Source: Candidatus Nanopusillus sp. (GTDB lineage Archaea > Nanobdellota > Nanobdellia > Nanobdellales > Nanobdellaceae). From it: a DNA stretch of 32,000 bases. Below, piece after piece: positions 1 to 9,004 of the stretch (within the stretch, counting starts at the first letter, position 1; each line of letters begins with the position of its first letter). Below the pieces are notes generated by a model. The model did not search any database, had not been told where the DNA came from, and was given only the letters and a program-made list of their open reading frames with translations. Where the stretch lies: positions 5,055 to 37,054 of the forward strand of contig JAPWTW010000006.1 of NCBI GenBank assembly GCA_028275885.1, given 5' to 3'. Made by a program: the position numbers and the translations under genes.

Positions 1-1
1 C

Positions 2-193
2 ATAAAAAAGAATAATATAAATATTGTAGAAACAAAAGAAAATTATGAAAAGACAGATAGACTTATAATAAAAACAGCATTATCTGATAAATTTATTGTA
101 TGTACATTAGATAAAAATTTAAGGATAATATTAAGGAAATTACATATACCAGTAATTTTTTATTCAAATAAGAGATTACATATAATATGGTAA
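2..193 (+). CDS. PIN-domain nuclease, Fcf1/Utp24-like, C-terminal fragment (5' end outside the window)
   Basis: An open frame enters from the left edge and stops at TAA 191-193, overlapping the next ATG (ATGGTAA). The tail LIIKTALSDKFIVCTLDKNLRIILRKLHIPVIFYSNKRL resembles the C-terminal part of archaeal Fcf1-type PIN proteins. Only 63 codons are visible. Confidence 0.4.
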   Translation: MKKNNINIVETKENYEKTDRLIIKTALSDKFIVCTLDKNLRIILRKLHIPVIFYSNKRLHIIW

Positions 194-1035
194 CAAATGC
201 TGGACCTGAATTTTATGCTGCTAAAGAAAAATATGAAAATGCTAAAACTCCAGAAGAAAAATTAAAATATTTATATGAAATGTTAAAAACTGCTCCCAAA
301 CATAAAGGATCTGAACATTTAATTGCATGGATAAATAAAAAAATATCTGAATATGAAAAAATAATTGAAGAAAGTAAATATAAAAAGGGAAGGAGCGGTA
401 TAAAATTAATAGAAAAATCTGGCGATATTTTGATAAGTATATTAGGAATAGAAAACTCGGGAAAAAGTTATTTTTTAAGAAAATTCACGAATGCAAATGT
501 TGAGGTAAGTGAAATTCCTTTTTCTACAATAAATCCTGCAATTGGTACCATATTTTATAATTGTGTATATTATCAATTTGTTGAAATTCCATCCACATTT
601 GAAAGAAAATTTAGATCAATTTTATCATTATCAGATTATTATATATTAATGTTAGATGAAAAAAGAGATATAAAAGAGCAATTGGAAAGAATAAATAAAT
701 TTTCTGAAGGGATAATTGAATTTAATACAATTCCAAATAATAAATATAAAGTAATATATAATAAATTTGATGATTTTAAAAATATAAATTTACAAGAAAT
801 ATTAGAAAATATAATTAAAGATCTAAATTTAATAAGGGTAAAACCAATAGATTCTGATCATTGTATAATATTAAATAAAGATTCTACTATAAAAGATTTC
901 ATTGAAAAAATAAATAAAAAGTGGATAGATAAATTTAGATATGCAAAGATAATTAGGAAAAATATGATTATAAGAGCTGGATTAAATTATAAATTAGAAG
1001 ATAAAGATATTGTTGAATTAAAATTAAAAATATAA
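187..1035 (+). CDS. DRG/Obg-like GTP-binding protein with C-terminal TGS domain (short, degenerate G3)
   Basis: The N-terminal helix (KEKYENAKTPEEKLKYLYEMLKTAPKHKGSEH) is typical of the DRG family. The P-loop is GIENSGKS and G4 is NKFD. The TGS-like end is AKIIRKNMIIRAGLNYKLEDKDIVELK. The expected G3 DxPG reads EIPS. At 282 aa it is short for the family. Confidence 0.7.
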   Translation: MVTNAGPEFYAAKEKYENAKTPEEKLKYLYEMLKTAPKHKGSEHLIAWINKKISEYEKIIEESKYKKGRSGIKLIEKSGDILISILGIENSGKSYFLRKFTNANVEVSEIPFSTINPAIGTIFYNCVYYQFVEIPSTFERKFRSILSLSDYYILMLDEKRDIKEQLERINKFSEGIIEFNTIPNNKYKVIYNKFDDFKNINLQEILENIIKDLNLIRVKPIDSDHCIILNKDSTIKDFIEKINKKWIDKFRYAKIIRKNMIIRAGLNYKLEDKDIVELKLKI

Positions 1036-1296
1036 TTATTTATTCTTTTCAAGCTTTTCTTTTAATTCTATTATATCCTTCCTAGTATATTCTAATAATA
1101 TTGCAATTACAGATAACCATAATACTGTCAACCATGTAAATAGAGCTGCTATAACCATAGCAGCTGAACCTTGTAATGCAACTGGTAGTTCTATGCTCTT
1201 AAATAATAAAAGATATCCTAATATCATATTAATAAAAAATCCTACCAACAATATTATTTCTAACAGATTTGGCATTTTGTAATCAAAGCCGACCAT
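1036..1296 (-). CDS. small membrane protein, two predicted TM helices, unknown function
   Basis: An 86-aa ORF that fills the gap exactly. It has two long hydrophobic stretches (LLEIILLVGFFINMILGYLLLF and AAMVIAALFTWLTVLWLSVIAILL) and a charged C-terminal tail. Confidence 0.5.
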   Translation of the reverse strand: MVGFDYKMPNLLEIILLVGFFINMILGYLLLFKSIELPVALQGSAAMVIAALFTWLTVLWLSVIAILLEYTRKDIIELKEKLEKNK

Positions 1297-1302
1297 TATT
1301 AA

Positions 1303-1310
1303 TTTTTAAA
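1303..1310 (+). promoter_or_regulatory. TATA box (TTTTTAAA) 30 nt upstream of ATG 1333
   Basis: The sequence and its spacing match archaeal TATA placement if transcription starts at or next to the ATG. Confidence 0.45.
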
Positions 1311-1332
1311 TTAAATATTTATATATATTTCT

Positions 1333-1818
1333 ATGAAAAGTTTAGACAAAAAATCAAGAAAAGAGTTAATTGAAGTATTAAAAAACAACTATAAAATAGA
1401 ATGCGAAAAATTAAAAAATGAGAATATTTTTTTAGATGAAGAAAATAATATTTACATATATAATAATATTCCAATAGCATTTATAAAAGATAAGATAATA
1501 TATCCAACAATATTTTTGATAAATGAATGTGAAACAAATATGAATTACATTAAAGTAAATATTGGAGCAAAAGAAAAAATATTAAATGGTGCAGATGTTT
1601 TTAGACCTGGAATAATTGAATTTTCAGATTTCAAAAAGGATGAAATAATATTAATAATATCTGAAGATAATAAATTATTAGCAATTGGAAAAGCGTTATA
1701 TGATAGTAATGATGCTATTAAAATGGAAAAAGGAAAAATAGTAGAAAATATACATTATTATGGAGATAAAATAACAAAATATTATTTAAATAAAATTAAA
1801 AATCGTTTTTTGCTTTAA
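1333..1818 (+). CDS. PUA-domain RNA-binding protein (Tma20/MCT-1-like, COG2016-type)
   Basis: The C-terminal half (KEKILNGADVFRPGIIEFSDFKKDEIILIISEDNKLLAIGKALYDSNDAIKMEKGKIVENIHYYGDKI) matches the PUA signature. Size is about 160 aa. TTTTTAAA lies 30 nt upstream of the ATG. Confidence 0.65.
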   Translation: MKSLDKKSRKELIEVLKNNYKIECEKLKNENIFLDEENNIYIYNNIPIAFIKDKIIYPTIFLINECETNMNYIKVNIGAKEKILNGADVFRPGIIEFSDFKKDEIILIISEDNKLLAIGKALYDSNDAIKMEKGKIVENIHYYGDKITKYYLNKIKNRFLL

Positions 1819-2931
1819 TAAATTACTATATTTCCTTAATTTATATACTGAAACATTATATTTATTCATGAATTTATTATTTAAATATTCTATTAATTCA
1901 TTATAATTATCAAATTTTTCTACTAAATTATTTAACATATATTTAGTTCCTTCTCTAACAACCCAAACACCCAAAGGAATTTTATATTCTTTTGTTACAA
2001 ACCTAAATACAACTAAATTTCCAACCATTTTATAATTTCTCATAAATTCTGCAAAAGATAATTTTAAAGCACTATAACCTCCAGATTCATTATCTCTACC
2101 AATTATACTATATTTAGAATTTAAATTATATACAGAACCTGGTATTAATGTTTCAATCAATTCACATTTTCCATCACCTGGAAAAAATACTCCATAAAAA
2201 TCATTTCCATATAAAGAATAATAAAATAAATAATATTTATCATTAATTTTAGAATAATCCTTTATTTCTTCCTTTATTTTTTTCTCTAAAATTTCATGAA
2301 CTGCAGTTATTGCCCATTTGCTTGGAACTAATCTTTTATTTATTTTATACCCAAAGAAACCCATTGAAAATAACCTTGATAAATAATAATCAGACATTCC
2401 AGATTTATATAAATAATATATAGAATCCTCAGCTTTCATTTCTTCTATTTTATATATTTCTTTTGGTATTTTTGGATTTTCATTTATTTTTATTTTATCT
2501 ATTATTCCAGAATATCCATATAAACCTATTATCTTTGAAATTTTCATATTTTTACTTATTTTATTTAGATGTATTTCCAAATTTATTGATTTAACTGATA
2601 ACATTGAATCTAAAATTTCATTATATAATTTATCATTTTTTCTTGGTAAGTTTGCATCTACAATTTTCTTTGCATTTATTAAACTTATTCTGCTCTTTAT
2701 AATTTCTTCAATATCTATATTATTTTTTGCCCAATATATAGGATTATCATATAATTCTATATTTTCGTTATAAGATGTTAACACACCCAAAGATAATTTT
2801 GGATAATTAATTGAACTAATTAAATTTGATGGAGGGGTATATCCATTTATTTCCTTTTTTAATATTATGGATTTTCCATATAATTTCTTATATTTTTCTG
2901 CAAGTTTCTTTGCATTTATAACATCTATCAT
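1786..2931 (-). CDS. Nre-family (NreA-like) DNA repair protein, DUF650/DUF651 type
   Basis: Family-typical motifs are present: TPPSNLISSINYPKLSLGVL, KRLVPSKWAITAV, GGYSALKLS and PLGVWVVREG. The N-terminal Cys-rich segment I recall in other members appears absent. Confidence 0.65.
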   Translation of the reverse strand: MIDVINAKKLAEKYKKLYGKSIILKKEINGYTPPSNLISSINYPKLSLGVLTSYNENIELYDNPIYWAKNNIDIEEIIKSRISLINAKKIVDANLPRKNDKLYNEILDSMLSVKSINLEIHLNKISKNMKISKIIGLYGYSGIIDKIKINENPKIPKEIYKIEEMKAEDSIYYLYKSGMSDYYLSRLFSMGFFGYKINKRLVPSKWAITAVHEILEKKIKEEIKDYSKINDKYYLFYYSLYGNDFYGVFFPGDGKCELIETLIPGSVYNLNSKYSIIGRDNESGGYSALKLSFAEFMRNYKMVGNLVVFRFVTKEYKIPLGVWVVREGTKYMLNNLVEKFDNYNELIEYLNNKFMNKYNVSVYKLRKYSNLLKQKTIFNFI

Positions 2932-2962
2932 TAGATTTTTATTTATTTTTTAAATTATAAGT

Positions 2963-3643
2963 TTGATGGATATAATATATATACCAACAAAATATAAATT
3001 AAAAGAAATTAAAAATTTAGATGAATTAAAAAAATATTTACCAAAAAAAATTGCTCTAGTATCTTTAATACAATATTCTGAATATGCTAAAAAAATATAT
3101 GAAATACTAAAAGAAGATTATGAAATAATATTAAAGGAAGGATTATATGGAATAAATATTTTGGGATGCTATTCAGAATCTGCAAATATAGAAGGAATAG
3201 ACACAATATTATTAATTGGAAATGGAAAATTTCATGCAGAAAATATTACAAGAAAATTAAAGAAAAAAGTGATTGTCTATGATCCAATATATGGAGAAAT
3301 AAATATTTATGAACCAGATTATAATTTTGATAAAATTATAGAATTCCTATTAAACAAATTAAAGAATTCTAAGAATATTGGAATAATATTATCAATAAAA
3401 CCTGGACAATATTATTATTTAGAGACATTAGAGGTTAAGAATAAATTAGAAAAATCTGGAAAAAATGTATACTTATTTATTGGTGATACAATAGATATTT
3501 TGCAATTATTAAATTTTCCATATATAGATTTTTGGATTTTTTCTACATGTCCTAGATTGATCGATGATATAATAAATAATAATATAAATGGGCTAACAAT
3601 TGATATTTTAATAAAAAATTTAGATAAAGTAGTTAATATTTAA
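2963..3643 (+). CDS. dph2: diphthamide synthesis protein Dph2 (2-(3-amino-3-carboxypropyl)histidine synthase), miniaturised
   Basis: Dph2 landmarks are LGCYSESANIEGIDTILLIGNGKFHA and a C-terminal FSTCPRLIDD. It is 226 aa, whereas archaeal Dph2 is usually about 330-340 aa. The ORF track begins at TTG 2963, but ATG 2966 is the likelier start. Confidence 0.7.
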   Translation: MMDIIYIPTKYKLKEIKNLDELKKYLPKKIALVSLIQYSEYAKKIYEILKEDYEIILKEGLYGINILGCYSESANIEGIDTILLIGNGKFHAENITRKLKKKVIVYDPIYGEINIYEPDYNFDKIIEFLLNKLKNSKNIGIILSIKPGQYYYLETLEVKNKLEKSGKNVYLFIGDTIDILQLLNFPYIDFWIFSTCPRLIDDIINNNINGLTIDILIKNLDKVVNI

Positions 3644-5629
3644 TATTCCCTGAACAAACATATATAATGCTATCGTAGATAAAGTAGAAAATATAAAAAA
3701 TATTAATATATTAATTATGTAATATTTATATAAATAATAATAAAATTTTAATTTATCTCCACTATTTTCTATACTATTAATTGTATATACAATTACAAAG
3801 GCTATTGCTACATTAAATATTCCAATTATAATTATCATTGAAGCAGGAGATATAAGAGAATTTAAATTAAATATATTAAATATAATATCTGGTAATGTAC
3901 TTATATATTGAGAAATATTTGAACTAGACGATGTTAAATTAGATATTTGATTAAATTGAAAAGATAATTTATATAAAATCTCTATAATCATTACACTAAC
4001 TGCACTTATTATTCCTAAGATAACTGGAGCTAAAATTCTTAATAGAGATTTTAATTGAGATAAATCCTCCGCTACAAGGTCTTTAATTCTCTCTTTTACT
4101 TTTGATATTAACAAAAAATATCTTGCAACTATACCTGTTATAATAGAAGCTTCTGTGGGAGATTGACCACTAGCTTCATATAATAATTCCATTGTAGCTC
4201 TCAATTGAGATGATGGAATTTTAGATAGAGCTCCATATCTAATGTCAAATACTGAATCATAAAATGATAAACCTGCTCTTAAATTTTGATATATTTTTGA
4301 TATAAAATCTCCTATTGGACTACCTTTATATTTAGGATAAACATATATCATTGCCTTTTCAAGTGGATAGCCTTCATTTAATGCTGAACTTAAAGATAAT
4401 AAAAATGGGGGTAAATCTGTTCTTATTCTTTCTAAATTTTTATATAAATCTTTATAATGGGAATAATATATAAAAGCAATTAATGAAACGAATAAACCCA
4501 TTAAAAATACTAAAAATTCTGATAATAATATTCCATAAACATCAAATTTATATAAATATTTATATACTACAAAAAAGATTATAAAAAATAGTAGTATACT
4601 TACAGAAATCCCACTAGCTATTGATATTAATTTATTTTTTAAATCTCTCCTCTTTAAGTAATAAAATAAATATATATCATCATTTGAAAAAACACCAATT
4701 ATTTTTGAAGAAATTGTATAATTAATTGAATAAAATGCTATAAATGGTATTAAAATATCAAATGATATAAATAAAACGAAAGGACTAAATATATTTCCTA
4801 AAAATATTGATGCAAGGGGAAATATTGTTAATAACATAACTGGTAAAGTTATACCTAACATAGATATAAGATTTATCGTAGATCTTATTTCTCTAGAAAA
4901 TTCATACAATTCATTTACTAATTCTTCTAAAGCCTCTTCTATTGATTTATCTATCTGAAAATTCCTTCTATCCTTATCCGGATCATATAAAGCACTTAAA
5001 ATGAGCATAATACCAACATAGAAAAATTTTGAATATTTTTCCCAAGATCTTGAATATTCTACTAAAGCTTCTGATGCAGAAACATATTTTCTATTATATA
5101 TATCCCTTAACAATCTTAGTAAATCTAACTTTAATGGTAAGTTAATATTTTTTGCAGCAAATAACATAGCCTGTTCTACATTTGGATTTTGTCTTAATTT
5201 AATAGCTAATAATAATAATAAACTTATTAATTGAGATTTTTTCTTCGTATTTAAATTATTGTATAAAATAATATAATAATAATCGATCAATATGTATGAT
5301 AGTATACCAAGAGAGGCAAATAATAGAAAATATAACGGAGATATTATTATTGAGGAAATTATTCCTATAAAAATAAATAATACTAGAAAAAATATTGATG
5401 CAGAATATATTTGATCAATATTTACATCTAAAAGGAGTTCTTCATTTATTTTTTCAAAATTTCTTCTTTTATTTTCATTTACTTTAACTTTTATTATATT
5501 TCCAAATGTTTTAACAATTTTTTCATAATATTTTAATTTATTACCGAAATAAATGTATTTATATAATTTTATTTTACTTTCTAAATTTTGAACATCTAAC
5601 CTCCCTAACTCAACTTCTGATATATCCAT
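3620..5629 (-). CDS. polytopic membrane platform protein of a type IV pilus/archaellum-like system (FlaJ/TadC/T2SS-F family)
   Basis: 669 aa with many TM helices. It has two cytoplasmic T2SS-F-like repeats (e.g. NINLPLKLDLLRLLRDIYNRKYVSASEALVEY and LPPFLLSLSSALNEGYPLEKAM). Its start overlaps the stop of the upstream ATPase gene by 25 nt. Confidence 0.7.
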   Translation of the reverse strand: MDISEVELGRLDVQNLESKIKLYKYIYFGNKLKYYEKIVKTFGNIIKVKVNENKRRNFEKINEELLLDVNIDQIYSASIFFLVLFIFIGIISSIIISPLYFLLFASLGILSYILIDYYYIILYNNLNTKKKSQLISLLLLLAIKLRQNPNVEQAMLFAAKNINLPLKLDLLRLLRDIYNRKYVSASEALVEYSRSWEKYSKFFYVGIMLILSALYDPDKDRRNFQIDKSIEEALEELVNELYEFSREIRSTINLISMLGITLPVMLLTIFPLASIFLGNIFSPFVLFISFDILIPFIAFYSINYTISSKIIGVFSNDDIYLFYYLKRRDLKNKLISIASGISVSILLFFIIFFVVYKYLYKFDVYGILLSEFLVFLMGLFVSLIAFIYYSHYKDLYKNLERIRTDLPPFLLSLSSALNEGYPLEKAMIYVYPKYKGSPIGDFISKIYQNLRAGLSFYDSVFDIRYGALSKIPSSQLRATMELLYEASGQSPTEASIITGIVARYFLLISKVKERIKDLVAEDLSQLKSLLRILAPVILGIISAVSVMIIEILYKLSFQFNQISNLTSSSSNISQYISTLPDIIFNIFNLNSLISPASMIIIIGIFNVAIAFVIVYTINSIENSGDKLKFYYYLYKYYIINILIFFIFSTLSTIALYMFVQGILNINYFI

Positions 5630-7848
5630 TTCTTCATATTATCTAATATATAATCTTTTACGATTTCATTATATTCCTTAATACTTTTATCTATATATTG
5701 ATAAAATACTTCATTATATGCAGAAACAAAATCTGCTTCCAAAATATCTTTCCTATTTTTTTCTCTTGCTATATCTACTAACAATTTTTTTGACAAACCA
5801 ATTGTCTCTATCATATTCCATACTCTTTCCCAAGATTTTGACAAATATCTTATTCTAGATGCAACAGCCTTTAATATATCAGAATCACCATTTATTAATT
5901 CTAATGTTGGTTCTAAATTATCTTTTTCAGCATCATAAATCATTAAATCAACAAAACCTCTTTCTTTTAATGGATCTTGCTCCCATAATTTTCTTACTTC
6001 AGTTATCCTTAGTACTCTTCTATATCTTTTTAATCCTGAAGGCTCTTTAATTGGATTTACAATTACTATTATATCTGTAGCTTTGAATGCAGTTTTAGGA
6101 ACTCCAAGATCATTTACAACTCTGTCATATACACCATAAGGGCTTTCTGCATGTAAAGTACCCATTACAGCATTTGCTACAGCACCAACTCTCATAGCTT
6201 CATACAATGTTAAAGCTTCCTTTGATCTAACTTCTCCAACAATTATAGCACTATCTCCCATTCTTAAAGATGCTCTTAAACCCTCTTCAGCAGATAATTC
6301 GGCAGATTTTAATGAAAATGGGCTCCTAACTTTCATAGGAACTATATTATATCCTACTGATCTAAAAAATTCTGCTGGTATTTCTAAAGTATCCTCTATA
6401 GTTATTATCCTAACTTTCTTAGGTATTTCTAACATTAAGGCTGTTAATAAAGATGTTTTGCCACTTCCCCTTGTACCAGCAATTAAAATTGTCCTTCCAT
6501 TTACAACTAAAAATGATAATAAACCTGCAGCCTGATAATTTAGCATTTTATTATCTATAAATAAAGGTAAAGTCCATGGTTTACTTCTATGTCTTCTAAT
6601 TATATATGATAATCCAAATGGGGATAATGGTGGTGATAATGCTGCAACTCTTAATAATATATTATTTCCAATTATTAAATCTGTATCTAAAACTGGATTT
6701 GCTTCATCAAAAGGTCTTCCAGATATTAACCTTAGTTTTGTAGCCCAAGATTCTACTTCTCTTCTAGTTGGAGTTACATTTGTAACACACATTTCATATT
6801 TAGAATGCTGTAAATATATTGGAGTTATACCTGCTGGTGGATTTATAAATAGATCTTCCAAATTTTCATCCAATACTATTTTTTCTATTATTCCAAAACC
6901 AATTGTATACCTAATAATTATACTCTTAATTAATTCCAACCTATTTTTATCTATATTTATATTATATATAGACATTAATTTCGTTATAATATTATTTAAT
7001 ATATTATTGTATATTTCTCTTAATCTTTCTACATCTAAATAATCCTCCTTTCTAGGTTCATATTCTTGTAAAATTTCTATTGCTTTATGAGATAAAAATG
7101 TTTCTTCAGAGAATATTTTATATTCTTCTGGAAATATATAGTATCTAAAAACAGTTTCTTCAGGATTTTTCAATATAAAAACTTCTGTATTTTTATCCAA
7201 TCTATAAGAATCTACAATATTATAACTTTCAGAAATTTTATTTATATATTTTGTATCTATAAATTTTGGTTTTATATCTCCCAATAATAGTCTTCTATAT
7301 ATTTCTCTATTTCCAATTTGGTATCCAATCAAAAATGGTTTAATATACTTATACAAAGGTAATGATTCAAATTTTATTAGAAAATTATCTATTAATGATA
7401 TTAAATTAGATATTTGATTTTCTAAATCTTTATTATTTTTTAATAATGACATTAATTTCCTTTTCATTCTTCTTATAAATATATATGTACCAATTGGATC
7501 TTTCAGATATCTTTTATCTAAATAATCTATTATTGTTTTTATTTCTGAATATAGCGGATTTCCAGTTAATAAGTATTTATAATATTCTGATATATTATTT
7601 TTAATAGAAAGGTATACATCAAGAAAACTATTCAATATTTTTATACTATCTTCATAATATTCTATATTTTCATCTTGTTCAATTATTATTGTATTTACAA
7701 ATGGATCTATAGATAATATATTTAATATATATTCCATTATATTTGGATCATCTTCAATTGTAGCAATATTACTATAATTTTTAGCATTTACATATAATAC
7801 TCTTTCTTTTCCATTCATTTTAATTTCATATTGCAAATTATTTAGCAT
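5605..7848 (-). CDS. type IV pilus/archaellum-family secretion ATPase (FlaI/PilB/VirB11 superfamily) with long N-terminal extension
   Basis: Motifs: Walker A GTRGSGKTS, Asp box IITIEDTLE, Walker B region SAIIVGEVRSKEA, His box GTLHAES. The core is preceded by IGFGIIEKIVLDENLEDLFINPP, as in archaeal FlaI-type ATPases. Walker A sits near residue 460 of 747. Confidence 0.9.
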   Translation of the reverse strand: MLNNLQYEIKMNGKERVLYVNAKNYSNIATIEDDPNIMEYILNILSIDPFVNTIIIEQDENIEYYEDSIKILNSFLDVYLSIKNNISEYYKYLLTGNPLYSEIKTIIDYLDKRYLKDPIGTYIFIRRMKRKLMSLLKNNKDLENQISNLISLIDNFLIKFESLPLYKYIKPFLIGYQIGNREIYRRLLLGDIKPKFIDTKYINKISESYNIVDSYRLDKNTEVFILKNPEETVFRYYIFPEEYKIFSEETFLSHKAIEILQEYEPRKEDYLDVERLREIYNNILNNIITKLMSIYNINIDKNRLELIKSIIIRYTIGFGIIEKIVLDENLEDLFINPPAGITPIYLQHSKYEMCVTNVTPTRREVESWATKLRLISGRPFDEANPVLDTDLIIGNNILLRVAALSPPLSPFGLSYIIRRHRSKPWTLPLFIDNKMLNYQAAGLLSFLVVNGRTILIAGTRGSGKTSLLTALMLEIPKKVRIITIEDTLEIPAEFFRSVGYNIVPMKVRSPFSLKSAELSAEEGLRASLRMGDSAIIVGEVRSKEALTLYEAMRVGAVANAVMGTLHAESPYGVYDRVVNDLGVPKTAFKATDIIVIVNPIKEPSGLKRYRRVLRITEVRKLWEQDPLKERGFVDLMIYDAEKDNLEPTLELINGDSDILKAVASRIRYLSKSWERVWNMIETIGLSKKLLVDIAREKNRKDILEADFVSAYNEVFYQYIDKSIKEYNEIVKDYILDNMKKWIYQKLS

Positions 7849-7886
7849 ATAAAGATTAATATATATTGAAATATAATAGTTTTACT

Positions 7887-8249
7887 ATGAATGATACAGA
7901 GATACTTAGAAGATTAAAATATTTAGAAGAAAAAATTTCAATATTCAATAATATATTACAAACCATGGATGTAACTACTAGGAATTCTTTAGATGATTTT
8001 AAATTAGAAATAGAAAATATTAAAAAAGAAATAAATAATATAAAACAAGAAATAAATGATATGGAGATAAAAATAAAAGCAATAACTGATGAGTTATCAA
8101 ATTTTGCTACTGTAGATCAATTAAAAATTATAAATTCTATTCTAGATTATATAAATCCATTTGATTTTGTTACTAAGAGAGAATTGGATAAATTAGTAAA
8201 AGAAAAAATTATGGAATATTTTGATAGCTTATACAATCAGAAGAGTTAA
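7887..8249 (+). CDS. coiled-coil protein, unknown function
   Basis: Heptad-rich sequence (LEIENIKKEINNIKQEINDMEIKIKAITDEL). The ORF track starts at TTG 7866. ATG 7887 is preferred because it leaves room for the back-to-back TATA-like elements of this gene and the divergent ATPase gene. Confidence 0.55.
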   Translation: MNDTEILRRLKYLEEKISIFNNILQTMDVTTRNSLDDFKLEIENIKKEINNIKQEINDMEIKIKAITDELSNFATVDQLKIINSILDYINPFDFVTKRELDKLVKEKIMEYFDSLYNQKS

Positions 8250-8250
8250 A

Positions 8251-8258
8251 TTTATAAT
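8251..8258 (+). promoter_or_regulatory. TATA box (TTTATAAT) 31 nt upstream of ATG 8282
   Basis: Sequence and spacing, as for the other TATA boxes listed. Confidence 0.45.
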
Positions 8259-8281
8259 ATTCAATATTTTTATTAAGAATT

Positions 8282-8977
8282 ATGAGAAGCATACTTGGGA
8301 TATTTAGTAAAAAAAGTAAGAAAGATCAGAATGAACAACAGAACTTAGATAATCTATTTCAAGACTTTAATAATCCAATACCACAAAATAGTGGACCATT
8401 CAACCAATTTCAGCAAAATAATATTAATCCTATAGCAAGTAATTTTCAAAATTATTCTTTTAATCAACCAAATCAACAATTTCCATTACAACAAAATCCT
8501 GCAAATCAATTTAGTCAACCATGGAACTTATTTCCACAATCAAGTCAAACTCCAAGCCAATTTCCACCTCAACAACCAATTCAAAGTCAACCAGAATTTG
8601 GACAAGGAGGTTTTGCTATAGATGAGAAAATTGAACAATATATAAATAATACAGTAAATGAAATATTAAAAGATAAATTAAATGAAATAAATGATGAATT
8701 ATCGCAAATAAAAATATGGAAAGAAAAAGTAGAATATCTTATTAATAAAATGCAAGAACAAATTGATAAATTAGATAATAAAATAACTGAAATAAATAAT
8801 TTAGCAACTAAGAAATTAGAAGAATATGATAAAGGAATGCGAGAAACAACAACAGAAATACAAGCATTACATAGGTTAATAAGAACAATGATACCTGCTA
8901 TATCCGAATCTACAAAAGAATTAAGAGAAACAGTAGAGGAATTAAAATCTTTAAGAGATTCTATTAGAAAACCTTAA
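8282..8977 (+). CDS. P/Q/N-rich low-complexity protein with C-terminal coiled coil, unknown function
   Basis: It has a basic N-terminal peptide (MRSILGIFSKKSKK). A roughly 90-residue Q/N/P/F-rich segment follows (NQF, QQF and SQF repeats). The last ~120 residues are heptad-rich. TTTATAAT lies 31 nt upstream of the ATG. Confidence 0.65.
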   Translation: MRSILGIFSKKSKKDQNEQQNLDNLFQDFNNPIPQNSGPFNQFQQNNINPIASNFQNYSFNQPNQQFPLQQNPANQFSQPWNLFPQSSQTPSQFPPQQPIQSQPEFGQGGFAIDEKIEQYINNTVNEILKDKLNEINDELSQIKIWKEKVEYLINKMQEQIDKLDNKITEINNLATKKLEEYDKGMRETTTEIQALHRLIRTMIPAISESTKELRETVEELKSLRDSIRKP

Positions 8978-9004
8978 ATTTTTAATCTTTTTTAATAAAT
9001 TTTA

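Noticed and set aside
7866-7886. TTG starts proposed by the ORF track at 7866, 2963 and 9005.
   Set aside because: In each case an ATG follows within 1-7 codons (7887, 2966, 9008), and TATA-like elements sit ~30 nt upstream of the ATG. For 7866, the TTG would also bury the divergent ATPase promoter inside coding sequence. The difference is minor and unproven.
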